Of a stretch of DNA of 64,000 nt, positions 1 to 13,777 are shown in pieces; position 1 is the first letter of the stretch; every line of letters starts with the position of its first letter. Source of the DNA: Octopus vulgaris (Eukaryota); the NCBI GenBank assembly GCA_951406725.2, contig OX597818.1:52514001-52578000 (forward strand), read 5' to 3'. A program made the translations under genes and the position numbers. The notes beneath the pieces were generated by a model. That model made no database searches and was not told the origin of the DNA. It saw nothing but the letters and a program-made list of their open reading frames with translations.

Positions 1-405
1 TGATCTCATCGTATCTAAAAACTGACATAAACTTGACATAAACTACATCGAGAACCAGTTGAGATAACCATTTAAATAACAAACAAAGTTTTATATTCTC
101 TTTGTGTTTGATTTCATGATAGAATTGTATAATCTAAAATATCAAATATATCACAATACTTCTGGGCATTGACACAATTACATGACACAGTGTTATTGTG
201 TCTGTCGATATCAGTATCGACGTATAAATCTTCTAAACGCTAGGCATGAATTCAGACAAACACGAGCTGGTAGAGTGCTAAACAGGGGTATAATAAGCGT
301 ATATAAAACAGGGAGCCACACGGCCCATGAAGGTATATATATGATTTTTGAGGGCTCAGGCAACAAAATAGTAAATTGGGGGATCTATAAGAGTATTTTA
401 AGGGC

Positions 406-601
406 TTTACTCTTTTACTTGTTTCAGTCATTTGACTGCAGCCATGCTGGAGCACCGCCTTTAGTCGAGCAAATCGACTCCAGGACTTATTCTTTGTAAG
501 CCTAGTGCTTATTCTATCGGTTCTCTTTTGCCGAACCGCTAAGTTACGGGGACGTAAACACATCAGCATCGGTTGTCAAGCGATGTTGGGGGACAAACGG
601 A

Positions 602-673
<72 letters not shown>

Positions 674-831
674 GCTTCTTTCAGTTTCCAGCTAAAAAAT
701 CCACGTACAAGGCTTTAGTCGGCCCGAGGCTATAGTAGAAGACACTTGCTGAAAGTGCCACACAGTGGGACTGAACCCGGAGCAATGTGGTTGGTTAGCA
801 AGCTACTTACCACACAGCCACTCCTGCGCCT
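406..831 (-). mobile_element. tRNA-derived SINE, family A (head AGGCGCAGGAGTGGCTGTGTGG, internal CA/TA microsatellite, (AAAAGAGT)n tail)
   Basis: Minus-strand A-box-like TGGCTGTGTGG and B-box-like GGTTCAGTCCC; about 13 near-identical copies in the window. Confidence 0.9.
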
Positions 832-833
832 AG

Positions 834-881
834 AAATATGGAACACTTCACGAATTTGCGTGTCATCCTTGCGCAGAGGCC

Positions 882-914
<33 letters not shown>

Positions 915-935
915 AATATGTACCGCCGTTGCTGC
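834..935 (-). ncRNA. U6: U6 snRNA copy (probably pseudogene or retrocopy), 5' stem degraded
   Basis: Reverse complement reads GTACATATTCTAAAATTGGAACGATACAGAGAAGATTAGCATGGCCTCTGCGCAAGGATGACACGCAAATTCGTGAAGTGTTCCATATTT, i.e. canonical U6 with 3 substitutions in the core. ACAGAGA box and AGC triad are intact; no TATA box near -30. Confidence 0.95.
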
Positions 936-1168
936 TGAAAATTTTGCATTAAATGTATGTATTGATATGTATTGCAAGAAACATCTAGGTTTCTTTCTCT
1001 AGCATTTTACATAGTTGAACTTACACAAATCAATGCGTGAAAACATTAATGAATAACACTCTATAAAACTAGCTTTAAAACGTCGCCGACTTCTCGACCA
1101 CTCGACTTCCTACGTCACAGTATTTGTAATGACTAACACATACCACACATCACATTTTAGGGGTGTTC

Positions 1169-1233
<65 letters not shown>

Positions 1234-2112
1234 GTGTTGTTGTTGTTGTTGTTGTTGTTATTATTATTATCCCCATGACAGATAGTGACTTCGAAGTTTC
1301 GACCAGCTAAGCTATCGTCGGACTGCGATACATTGACACTTCGAAGTCAGTGTCAACAATAGTCTTGTTTAAGAATAATAAAATTATACTCTACGAAACT
1401 ATCGAGTAAGCCATCAGATTAATGCAAAATTGTTTTTTATTATAACTGAACATAAAAAAAACAAACATTTATGTGTGTGTGTGTGTGTGTGTGTGTTGTG
1501 CTTTTGAATACAGCGCATTCGTAAAAGTTATTATCTCAAGTCGAATGCCGTATAAAATTTGCCTTTCGTGGTGCAAAGCCTTTATGTATGATACACAGAT
1601 AGCTATAGGATTGTTTTGTAGCACACGGAATGAAAGGAACGAACTCTGCTTATACATCAGTATAACAATCGGACTAGTTGCTATAGAAATGCGTCATATA
1701 TGCAAATCACTTTATCCGTTTTAATGAAGACCTTAAATAATAGTGTTGATAAATACAATACTACTGTGGACAGTTTATGATGTTATGCTTGATACTAATT
1801 CAGCTGAAATTTAAAATGCTCCACCTGATCCATGTATTACATCCACGGGGAGATTGTGCTAAAAGAAATCTAGTCTTTTACGACTGTCTAGCTTATTTAA
1901 TTCATTTTGATTAATTTACACTTGTTTTTTGGGCTTAAATCGATAGACTCATTTTGTAGATCATAACATCAAAAACAAGCACAGCGAATGCATCAGTAAA
2001 ACGCATGTGCATTTGTTATATGTATACATACAGTCATATATCTATGAAATATGCATGTGATCTGGCAGTTCTGGTGGCCATAACAGACTGTTCTCGTCTG
2101 GCAACGATATAA

Positions 2113-2920
2113 TTACGTGTGCCTTTAATCACCACGAGTCCTTAAGAGATATTACGTGTGCCTTTAATCACCACGAGTTCTTATGAGATATTACGTGTGC
2201 CTTTAATCACCACGAGTCCTTATGAGATATTACGTGTGCCTTTAATCACCACTAGTCATGAGATATTACGTGTGTCTTTAATCACCACGAGTCCTTATGA
2301 GATATTACGGGTGCCTTTAATCACCACGAGTCATGAGATATTACGTGTGCCTTTAATCACCACGAGTCATGAGATATTACGTGTGTCTTTAATCACCACG
2401 AGTCCTTATGAGATATTACGGGTGCCTTTAATCACCACGAGTCCTTATGAGATATTACGTGTGCCTTTAATCACCACGAGTCCTTAAGAGATATTACGTG
2501 TGCCTTTAATCATCACGAGTCCTTATGAGATATTACGTTTGCCTTTAATCACCACGAATTCGTATGAGATATTACGAGTGCCTTTAATCATCACGAGTCC
2601 TTATGAGATATTACGTGTGCCTATAATCACCACGAATTCGTATGAGATATTACGAGTGCCTTTAATCACCACGAGTCCTTATGAGATATTACGTGTGCCT
2701 TTAATCACCACGAGTCCTTATGAGATATTACGTGTGCCTTTAATCACCATGAGTCCTTATGAGATATTACGTATGCCGTTAATCACCGCGAGACCTTATG
2801 AGATATTACGTGTGCCTTTAATCACCACGAGTCCTTATGAGATATTACGTGTGCCTTTAACCACCTCGAGTCCTTAAGAGATATTACGTGTGCCTTTAAT
2901 CATCACGAGTCCTTATGAGA
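2113..2920. repeat. 39-bp minisatellite, about 21 copies (GAGATATTACGTGTGCCTTTAATCACCACGAGTCCTTAT), some 36-bp variants
   Basis: Head-to-tail units with no spacers; explains the repetitive ORFs 2158..2487 and 2500..2877. Confidence 0.95.
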
Positions 2921-3488
2921 AATCATCTCAAGATAAATATCACGGTGTTCTCTATTCTAACACAACCTCCACATTAAGATGGAGATCATGATTACTTTTT
3001 ATTATTAATACTGCTTTTGTCGCTATTAACTAGGTATACACAGACACACAATGTATGGAGATTTCAAAATAATTAAAAGAAAAATACATTTTCAGTATTT
3101 TTCAGATCTTCTGGAGTGATAGTTTTAAGGGGCGTCTAAGTTTTATATATTTAAAGGCTCACAAAGCCTAAATCCAGCACCGTTTATTTATTTTTCTTTA
3201 TAGATTTTGCTTCATCAGGTCTCAATCCATCAGAGTTGAACTGAATAAACAATGACGATTCTGTTATAGAACTGGCGATTGTAGAACCAAGAAAAATTGG
3301 GTTCTAATGCTGAATTCAAATTCATATTGTTGTTTCATTATATTCAGATTAAACCTGATAGAGCATATCAAAAGTCAAGGCATCCCAGCCGTCACTATGT
3401 CGTATTATACTCTGACGCAATACACCTAAGATTACATTTTCTAATGTGTACTATCAATTTAAGTCAATAGTATGGGAGATTTTGGTGA

Positions 3489-3823
3489 AGGCGCATGGCT
3501 CAGTGGTTAGAGCGTCGAGCTTACGATCGTGAGGTTGTGAGCTCGAATCCCGGACCGGGTTGCGTGTTGTGTTCTTGAGCAAGACATTTTATTTCACGTT
3601 GCTCCAGTTCACTCAGCTGTAGAAATGAGTTGCGACGTCACGGGTGCCAAGCTGTATCGGCCCCTTTGCCTTTCCCTTGGATAACACTGGTGACGTGGAG
3701 AGGAGAGGCGGGTATGCATGGGCGACTGCTGGTCTTCCATAAACCACCTTGCCCAGACTTGGGACTAGGAGGGTAACCTTCTAGGTGCAATCCCATGGTC
3801 AGTGTCGTGACCGAAGGGGGTCT
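3489..3823 (+). mobile_element. tRNA-derived CORE-like SINE (family C)
   Basis: tRNA head (TGGCTCAGTGG ... GCTCGAATCCC), then TGTGTTCTTGAGCAAGAC...CTCAGCTGTAGAAATGAG resembling the MIR/CORE domain; second copy at 56698-57006. Confidence 0.8.
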
Positions 3824-4199
3824 CGATGGGAGATTTTGCTGGGATCTTTTACAGGTCATATGACCGCGTAAATAAAGTGGCTGTGTTACCTGTACTGATT
3901 CAAAGGTAGCGATTCGGCACAATTGTTAGAGCATTGGGCAAAGTGCCTTGAGGTATTTCTTCCGAAACTTTATCTTCTGAGTTCAAATCTCGCCAAGGTG
4001 TGCTTTGTCTTTCATCCTCTTAGGTTCGGCAAGTACTGGGTCGATAGTGTCGACAAATCCCACCACTTAAAATTTCCTGTCCTGTGCTTATATCATAAAC
4101 AAGTTTTTGTACCCATTCACATCATTGTTGCAAAATGTTATTTTGTTTTCTCAAAATTATACACTTAGCCGTTTCTACGTTAGTTTGGCTCGTTTTATT

Positions 4200-4340
4200 T
4201 AGAGTCGGTAACAATATGTCAGGTCAACGACCGTTCGACCCTCAAAGTCCGTCCATTCACTCATGTAACAAAGATATTAAGTCACTTGCCAACAGTAACC
4301 AGATATAAGTTGCATGTAAACTAACCTAATTCTCACACGG
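4200..4340 (+). repeat. Unclassified dispersed repeat (other copies at about 10565-10705 and 39030-39180)
   Basis: Shared GTCA(A/G)GTCAA(C/T)GACCG...ATATTAA...AACTAACCT(A/C)ATTCTCA blocks in three diverged copies. Confidence 0.6.
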
Positions 4341-4959
4341 ATATTCAAAGCTGCAGTGTACAAAATAGTTATCTTTCAATTATACAGAAATTGCGCAGTT
4401 TAGAGCAGTGAAGTATACCCCCAAATACAGAACTTATTAACTTATTAATAACTCACTGTTGCAAGGTGTTGAGACACTTCCGTTTTTCCCGGTGGTTAGA
4501 TCAGAAGAGGAAATATGCCAGCAAAAACGCAGGTCGTGATTTTGTGCGTGGAAAGGGTATCCTGGTCCACCCTTTATTGCAAAATCTACATTTGGTAGGC
4601 TTCCCAGTTTTGATTGTCCAAGGCGCAAGTTCCTGCATTAAAAGAATATAGTATTACCTACTTTTCTCGCCTATTCTTATTCCCGAATTCATTATTACAA
4701 TTACTATGCTTCTGACAGGGACTCTTATCAGTTCTCGTTGGTCTAACAGTGAACAAATAAAGCCTACAAGAGAACTTCTATGCTAGGAGCTCAAAAACAT
4801 TTTTTATCATCGAAGGAGTACTTGCAGCGACATGACAGGGTCGTCGTTCAGTTGATACTGGTCACTATACCTCACATACAGCCCGAGGTTTCTATCTTTT
4901 AGAATTTCAGTATTCAGTCTGATTGGCAAATTCAGGACAATCTACCAGACATCATTAGG

Positions 4960-5199
4960 GTAAATTATAACGATTTGGAGATAGAAATTAAAAGGATGTC
5001 GCATCTCAGAGCAGCAACACTATCTGTTGTTGTTGGAGCACATGGAGTGATATGAAAAAGAGCAAACGATTTTGTAGACCAAATCCCCAGCAGCCCCAAA
5101 ATTCCCAGCAGCCCCAGAATTTCAAAGATCATACTTATGGGTACTTCACATATTTTACATGAATTCCACCCCATGTAAATACAATCTTATTTATTGAGT

Positions 5200-5205
<6 letters not shown>
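4960..5205 (+). mobile_element. 3' end of RLE-type (R4/Dong-like) non-LTR retrotransposon, degraded
   Basis: Translates YNDLEIEIKRM...SVVVGAHG...IILMGTSHIL (RLE C-terminal motifs), followed by a long (TAA)n tract. Confidence 0.7.
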
Positions 5206-5524
<319 letters not shown>

Positions 5525-5525
<1 letters not shown>

Positions 5526-6959
5526 TACTATAATGGGCATTATGTCCCTCTGTCAGTCTGTCTGTCTGTCTGTCCCCTCTTCACGGTCGAACGGCCGGAC
5601 CAATGTAATCACGATGTTTTTCGGGATTACAAAGGAGGTAACCAGGAAGGTTTTCGCCGGAAAAAAAATGCGAAAAAGTATGATTATTTCGTGGATATTG
5701 AGTTTTGTATTAATAAATCACCTTTGATTTTTATGTTAAAATTCCGGCGACGAGGATTAACTCTGGATCCCCACCACCACCCGTATAGTTCCTGAATTTA
5801 GAGGGTTTAAGTTTACGATACTATCCCATTATTTCCCATCGTAGATGGGCAGATTTGCTATCTTACCATAATGGGCGTTATGTCCGTCTGTCCGTCACTT
5901 TGTCTGTTCCTTCTTCACGCCAGACGGCTGGACCAATGGTTACGATATTTTTCGGAATTACAAAGACGGTCGTCAGGAAGCTTTTTAGCATTATAAAATC
6001 AGAAAGTATAATTTCGTCGATATCGATTTTTGAATTGATAAACTGCCTTCGTATTTTTATTGAAAAATCACTGACCACGAATAACCCTGGATTTTGATCG
6101 TATAGTTTATGGCTTCATCGTAGATACAAAGTGGGTTGCGAGGACTGTTAATAGCGAAAATAAAATGGAAAAAAGTGTGTGTGATTATTTAGTGGTTATT
6201 GAAATGTATCAGCCTCGAGCAGGATTCGAAACGGCTAATCGAAGCGGCTGTTATTTACATCTCAGTTTTGCCAATCGAAATAACCCATGGTACCAGAACA
6301 TTCAGACATTATTCACATAGAACTCTGAGAGATAAGTCTTAGTTTGATTTTTTGCAACCCTAAAGATTCCGCTCGCACATCACAGCAAACAAGTCACAGG
6401 GCGTAGCTGTATTTTTACCCACACCGATGTTTACACACGGCCAGTTATATGTCGCGATGAGTAGAGCAACGGACTCCAGTAATTTGAAAATGAGTGTCGA
6501 CCAAACAGAAAATATCGTCAACAAAGAAGTTTTGTAAACATATTGATATTATCGAAAGGAATATGATTCATAATTTAAATGAGGAAATTTGTGAACTTTA
6601 TTTAAGAGTATAAACAAGCGTAAAATAGTCTAAACAACTAAAATAAAAGCATATCTAAATAACAGTTTTAAAAATGATTTTTATGTAGAGGTCGAAGGAA
6701 GCTCTGGCTTTCGTTAGGAGTGGTCCACAATCCATTCATGATAGAGAGGCTGGGAACCTATTTCAGTTCGGGAGTGAATCGTCATCACATGTCAAGTAGT
6801 CGCAAACACATGTCATATAGCCGCAATAGAATGCTGTATCACCAACAATAATGTGATTTCTCGAAGACATCACCCAGTAATCTATCAAGTCCGTTTATAC
6901 ATTATTCAATAAATACTGCTACCCTCACTTTATGTCTCCATTGTAGATGGGTAGATTTT

Positions 6960-6962
<3 letters not shown>
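5525..6962 (+). mobile_element. Two tandem non-autonomous Helitrons (about 5525-5860 and 5861-6962); the second carries a PIF1-helicase C-terminal remnant
   Basis: Unit 2 starts TCTTACCATAATGGGC. Both units end with a CCCATC-GTA-GATGGG-type hairpin followed by CTA. About 6380-6470 translates TANKSQG...FTHGQLYVAMSRA. Paralogous pair at 45102-46248. Confidence 0.75.
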
Positions 6963-7044
<82 letters not shown>

Positions 7045-7075
7045 AAATAATAATAATGAAAATAATAATAATGAA

Positions 7076-7123
<48 letters not shown>

Positions 7124-7535
7124 CTTTTACTCTTTTACTCTTTTACTCTTTTACTTGTTTCAGTCATTTGAGTGTGGCCATGCTGGAGCACCGTCTTTAG
7201 TCGAGCAAATCGACCCCAGGTCTTATTCTTTGTAAGCCTAGTACTTATTCTATCGGTTCTCTTTTGCCGAACTGCAAAGTTACGGGGACCTAAACACACC
7301 AGCATCGGTTGTCAAGCGATGTTAGGGGGACAAACATAGACACACACACACACACACATATACATATATACGACGGGCTTCTTTTCAGTTTCCGTCTACC
7401 AAATCCACTCACAGGATTTTGGTCGGCCTGAGGCTATAGTAGAAGAAACTTGTCCAAGATGCCACGCAGTGGGATTGAACCTGGAACCATGTGGTTGGTA
7501 AGCAAGCTACTTACCACACAGTCACTCCTGCGCCT
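7124..7535 (-). mobile_element. SINE family A inserted in (TAA)n
   Basis: Full-length match to 406-831; flanked by TAA tracts. Confidence 0.9.
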
Positions 7536-7567
7536 ATTTAATAATAATAATAATAATAATAATAATG

Positions 7568-7950
<383 letters not shown>

Positions 7951-7955
<5 letters not shown>

Positions 7956-8115
7956 AACATACAGAAAATTGAACTACTGAGCTCTGCACACATCCTACGC
8001 AAAACACTTTCAATACTGTAACCATAAGAGCATCACAGCAAACCACAGCATATACCCAAGGCACACAGAGCTGCGCTCGGTAGTGAAGTGAAAGCACGTT
8101 ATAAAAATAAAACTA

Positions 8116-8119
<4 letters not shown>
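7951..8119 (+). mobile_element. 5'-truncated 3' end of another R4/Dong-like LINE (duplicated at 8891-9059)
   Basis: Translates IQKIELLSSAHILRKTLSIL* plus 3' UTR and (TAA)n tail. Confidence 0.7.
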
Positions 8120-8169
<50 letters not shown>

Positions 8170-8863
8170 TTAGTTAGATCCGAGTTAAATGCATGTAACA
8201 AGGTGTTAGCTATTAATTCCTTAGCAGTTCCGGTTGTTATTTACAGTTTCAATGTGTTAAGGAAGATTGGCAGGAAAATCCGTCAGCTGCTGACTTGCAA
8301 ATCGGATGCACCATCCAAAGGCAGACGAAGATCGTCTTTACTTACCCAATGCTCAAGGAGGTCGAGGCTTGATCCAATTTGAAATCTCTTACAATACCAC
8401 CACAATTGAACTGGAAAAATATCTTGAAATATCTAACGACTGGATGCTAAAGCTCAGTGAAACCACGTAAGACATAAAAAAGCGTCATTCTGTTATGAAG
8501 GAGAGCTAAAAAATGTTTAATTGTGTTTATGCATAATACTCAGTCTGAACAGCATGATGGAAGTGTGGCAACGGCAGCTGCAAAGAATGTGAAATCAATA
8601 GCAAAGCAAAATGCGTTTGAACAATTGGCTGATAGATGGGAACAAAAACCTCTACATAGCAAATATGTGGCCCGTAGCAAGCAAGCAAGCTGATGTAGAC
8701 CAGAAGCAAACTCATCAGTGGCTACGGATCTCAAGGCTAAAGGCAGAGAGCGAAGGCTTTATCTTGGCTGCTCAATATCAGAGCTTATTGACTCAGGACT
8801 CTCAAGCTAATATGATGAAAAATGGCGTAGACCCTAAGTGCCGATAATGCAACGATGAGATTG

Positions 8864-8895
<32 letters not shown>

Positions 8896-9055
8896 AACAT
8901 ACAGAAAATTGAACTACTGAGCTCTGCACACATCCTACGCAAAACACTTTCAATACTGTAACCATAAGAGCATCACAGCAAACCACAGCATATACCCAAG
9001 GCACACAGAGCTGCGCTCGGTAGTGAAGTGAAAGCACGTTATAAAAATAAAACTA

Positions 9056-9109
<54 letters not shown>

Positions 9110-10022
9110 TTAGTTAGATCCGAGTTAAATGCATGTAACAAGGTGTTAGCTATTAATTCCTTAGCAGTTCCGGTTGTTATTTACAGTTTCAATGTGTTAA
9201 GGAAGATTGGCAGGAAAATCCGTCAGCTGCTGACTTGCAAATCGGATGCACCACCCAAAGGCAGACGAAGATCGTCTTTACTTACCCAGAGCTCATGGAG
9301 GTCGAGGCTTGATCCAATTTGAAATCTCTTACAATACCACCACAATTGAACTGGAAAAATATCTTGAAATATCTAACGACTGGATGCTAAAGCTCAGTGA
9401 AACCACGTAAGACATAAAAAAGCGTCATTCTGTTATGAAGGAGAGCTAAAAAATGTTTAATTGTGTTTATGCATAATACTCAGTCTGAACAGCATGATGG
9501 AAGTGTGGCAACGGCAGCTGCAAAGAATGTGAAATCAATAGCAAAGCAAAATGCGTTTGAACAATTGGCTGATAGATGGGAACAAAAACCTCTACATAGC
9601 AAATATGTGGCCCGTAGCAAGCAAGCAAGCTGATGTAGACCAGAAGCAAACTCATCAGTGGCTACGGATCTCAAGGCTAAAGGCAGAGAGCGAAGGCTTT
9701 ATCTTGGCTGCTCAATATCAGAGCTTATTGACTCAGGACTCTCAAGCTAATATGATGAAAAATGGCGTAGACCCTAAGTGCCGATAATGCAACGATGAGA
9801 TTGAAACAGTGGACCATCTATTCTCTGGATGTAAGGTTTTAACACATTTAGAGTACAAATCAAGACTTGACAGAATTCGTTAATATCTACATTGGATAAT
9901 GTGTCGGCATTATAAAATCAAGACCGCTGACAAATGGTACAAGCACAACACTGTGGCTGTAACTGAGGGAGAAAATGTAACGATTCTTTGGGACTTCCCA
10001 GTATGTACAGACCGGATCATCT
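8170..10022 (+). mobile_element. Degraded R4/Dong-like LINE ORF (post-RT region, CCHC knuckle, start of RLE), partly tandem-duplicated with 940-bp period
   Basis: Motifs INSLAVPVVIYSF, MHHPKAD.DRLYLP..GGRGL, LKAESEGFILAAQ.Q, KCR.CN...ETVDHL.SGC, ILWDFPV.TDR...NKPDI; broken by stops and frameshifts. Confidence 0.8.
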
Positions 10023-11289
10023 AAGCAAATAAACCAGATATACAGCAATATTAGTCTTAAACCAGGACTGCCATGTTATGTTGGCAGACAATCTTTACTA
10101 CAAAGCACCATACTGTTGACAAAAGTTTCGTGGATGCAGAATTATGTCTGTGGAATAGGTAATGAACGATATATACATTGGGAAACTTTTCCCGGAGTAA
10201 AGAAGCAAACTATTTATAACGGCCGGTCAATGTTATTGAACCACCGGTAGTCTCTGTTGTAATATTTCAGAGTAGAACATCGTGTTTCTTCAAACAATAC
10301 CACAAACAGTGAAAAATAGTTTCGTATTCAAGGCGATGTGAAAATTTTCAGTAACACACTTTACATTTGGATTATAATATCCTGTATAAGCCATAAAAAA
10401 ATTTGAATTGTCAAAAATTTACCCATAGAGTTAGAAAGAAAACTTACACTGACCAAGATCAGATGTGTAGTTTTATTTATTTTTGATCCTATTTACATTT
10501 TTCCTATGAGAGGATTTCATTAACCACAAAAATGTTATGATTAGATTTTTCTAGATTGGCCTTACTCATTCTCTTAAAGTAACTGGACGTTAAGTCAACG
10601 ACCGCCCAAGCTTCCAAAGTTTGTTTATTCATACCATATTAAATTATTTGCCAAAAGTATCCGGATGTATTATGCATTTTAACTAACCTCATTCTCATTC
10701 GGGCCGCAGAATATTTTAACCTCTACGTTACAACCTGTAGAGTTGAGTCATATGACGCCCAATGGTGCGACCTTCTAATCGCCAAGTAGGTACAGGCGGG
10801 TAGTTTAATTCGCCGGTGTACATAACAGCAGCGACGAAAAACTAATACGCTGGTCCATAGGTTTAGAATGCTGAGTTTATATCCAGCATACGATGAATTA
10901 CTATCTGTGATACACCATCTTTCTACACGGTGGGAAGATTAATCTCACATCTGCTAACGCTGTGGGAATCGGGAGGCAAGCTTTAGTTTTATAAATGGCA
11001 GAATCACTGAATTAATATGGAGTTATAGACTGTTTTATTCTGTATTCAAATTCAACCTGCCACAAATTTGTATGTGCCTAAGTAACATTTTTCTAGACTA
11101 TCTATTGCAGCATAGCAGCACAGATCGCTGTGATAATAATACCCACCGTACGTAACACAATCCGGCTTGTGCTGTTGTGCAATTTTCGATGATATCTGTT
11201 GTCCTCCAGTAATCAGGAAGCTTTTAGCTTCGTATTTTATATAATTGCTTTAGTAGAGACTCAAAAACTGGTCCCCGCTACTAGAGTAA

Positions 11290-11930
11290 TCTTAGATAGG
11301 TCTCTCTTGAAGGTCATGTTACTTTTACCAATGATCTTGCTTTTTACTCCACTTCCATAAACACATGAAACAGGGTTACTCGTATTTCGTACAGCCATTT
11401 TGCTGTCCAAGCAATAAATTCCCCATTGCAAAGAATCCGCTGGCGTTCATTTATTGTAGGGTTTCTGAAAAACAATATTGACATTTTCATATTCGTTTAA
11501 TTTCATACTCACTTAATTGAATGAATATTTGGTACAGATGCATCGTGGTTTCCATCGTATAATGAAATACTTCAAGCTTCTGGTGGAGTTTTTCTATACA
11601 AAGCTATTAATTTTGCGGTCGACATTTTAGAAGTCGCTTGTAGAGAAAACATCCAGGGTTGTTATGGCATTAGACAACATCGTCATCTTCCCTGAAGTAG
11701 AGAAGATATACCTTCTCTCTTTTTCTAAAGGATGTTACTTTAACTGCTGTTTGTAGTCCTGCTTCTATAGGCCGGATGCTAAACGTTGAGAGGATTGCTT
11801 CGAGGCTGCGGGTCAGATCATTAAGTTCTGTTTTCGAGGACTGCTTCGGTGTCAAAGAGCTTACTTCGTATTCATTTTCACTGCTTCCACTTGTGGTACA
11901 CATCAAGCTCTGCATTTCTCCAACATCTCA
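11290..11930 (-). mobile_element. Degraded DNA-transposase remnant, probably Chapaev3 (CMC)-like
   Basis: Minus-strand pieces STRSLK, DGNHDASVP, EYENVN, GCTKY..PCFMCLW, QDHW resemble the FIDSS.RSLK / GYTK.PCFLC.WDSR motifs; family assignment from memory. Confidence 0.5.
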
Positions 11931-11982
11931 CAAAGAAAGGTCAAACAGATAGGTAAACATGGGTATAGTAATTTCTTAGCTA

Positions 11983-12208
11983 TACTCTCTTTTTTACTCT
12001 TTTACTTGTTTCAGTCATTTGACTGCGGCCATGCTGGAGCACCGCCTTTAGTCGAGCAACTCGACCCCGGGACTTATTCTTTTTGTAAGCCCAGTACTTA
12101 TTCTATCGGTCTCTTTTTGCCGAACCGCTAAGTGACGGGGACGTAAACACACCAGCATCGGTTGTCAAGCAATGCTAGGGGAACAAACACAGACACACAA
12201 ACACACAC

Positions 12209-12239
<31 letters not shown>

Positions 12240-12411
12240 CATATATGCGACAGGCTTCTTTCAGTTTCCGTCTACCAAATCCACTCACAAGGCATTGGTC
12301 GGCCCGGGGCTACAGCAGAAGACACTTGTCCAAGATGCCACGTAGTGGGACTGAGCCCGGAACCATGTGGTTGGTTAGCAAGCTACTTACCACACAGCCA
12401 CTCCTGCGCCT
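11983..12411 (-). mobile_element. SINE family A
   Basis: Full-length copy. Confidence 0.9.
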
Positions 12412-12988
12412 ATACTGTACAGGTAATTTTGCAGATTCCGAATCAGGATATTCCCATGTTTCTGTTTTTGAAACAAGTGGAACCTTACATATTAACGACA
12501 CAAAAATAACAATCATTGTCTGTTATTTTCGACTCTCGTCACTCTATAAACACTTTGAACTTTGAAAGTTTTCTTTGTCCTTTTGTCTTATGCCGAAGGG
12601 AATCTACACAGACTTTGCATTCCTTATGGGGAACCCATTATTCATCTTCATCTCTACATTTCATTCCATAATAAAAAAAGACTAGCACGAAACCAGTTAT
12701 TTCTCCAAAGCAATGTCACTACACACAAAATTTTATAACATTTTCCTTACATGACGATTTGAATATATTTTTTAACCATATAATACAATTCTTCGGTAGT
12801 TTATTCATTATATCTTGTTTGGAGCAGTCTCGATTATAACCAGCCAAAACTGCAAAGATAATCTGGAACTCGACTGACGAAAGAAAACTGAATGACCCGT
12901 CCTTGTTTTTTCTTGTCCCTTTTTGTATCATCAACTTGTCTGGACGTCTTTTTGTCGCCTGTTGCATTCTTGTCCCATATTTTATATT

Positions 12989-13049
<61 letters not shown>

Positions 13050-13436
13050 CGTATGTACGTATGTATGTATGTATGTATGTATGTATTATGTATGTATGTA
13101 TATATGTATGTATGTGTGTATATATATATATATATATGTGTAAGATATAAGTTAGAGGTAATGTAACTATCTAAGGGATAGATGTATCCATACACACTCC
13201 ATATATGGTCCGTGTTATAAGGTATGCGGTAGCAGGTAATTTAATAGGTAAAATGTGGTTTAATATATATATAAAGACGATAAGAAATGGAGCAATAAAC
13301 AGTGAAAAGTGCATTGTTGATGTTATAAAGTCATTTTTTAATTAAGACTTTATAAATAATGACTTTATAATACAAACGATTCACTTATCACTGTTTATTG
13401 GTCCATTTCTTTACGTCTTTATATATGTATGTATGT

Positions 13437-13498
<62 letters not shown>

Positions 13499-13701
13499 TA
13501 CTATGCTGGACCGCTGAAATCTACATGTTTTTGTCATTCTCTCTCTATTTTCTCTTATTCCTTCCTGTTGAAGAGCGTAGACTCGAAACGTAAATTACTT
13601 TTTCATTTCCACGATCTTCAAAATAATACACTTTCTTGTTTTTCATACATCTGTCTTCTGATTTTCTATAAATTTCAACAACACAAGTGTGTGTGTGAGT
13701 G

Positions 13702-13773
<72 letters not shown>

Positions 13774-13777
<4 letters not shown>

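Noticed and set aside
746-952. Recurrent peptides [26 protein letters not shown] and MRNWYLIYRPRKDERQ as a gene family
   Set aside because: Antisense translations of SINE families A and B (here partly of U6).
939-1020. Intact U6 promoter
   Set aside because: No TATA near -30; the octamer-like ATGCAAAAT is immediately adjacent rather than distal, and a PSE cannot be identified by eye.
2113-2920. CRISPR array
   Set aside because: Units are contiguous with no unique spacers, there are no cas genes, and the context is eukaryotic.
3489-3562. Functional tRNA genes (also 21104, 35920, 49660-49740)
   Set aside because: The tRNA-like heads continue into SINE bodies, two have TSDs, and acceptor stems are imperfect.
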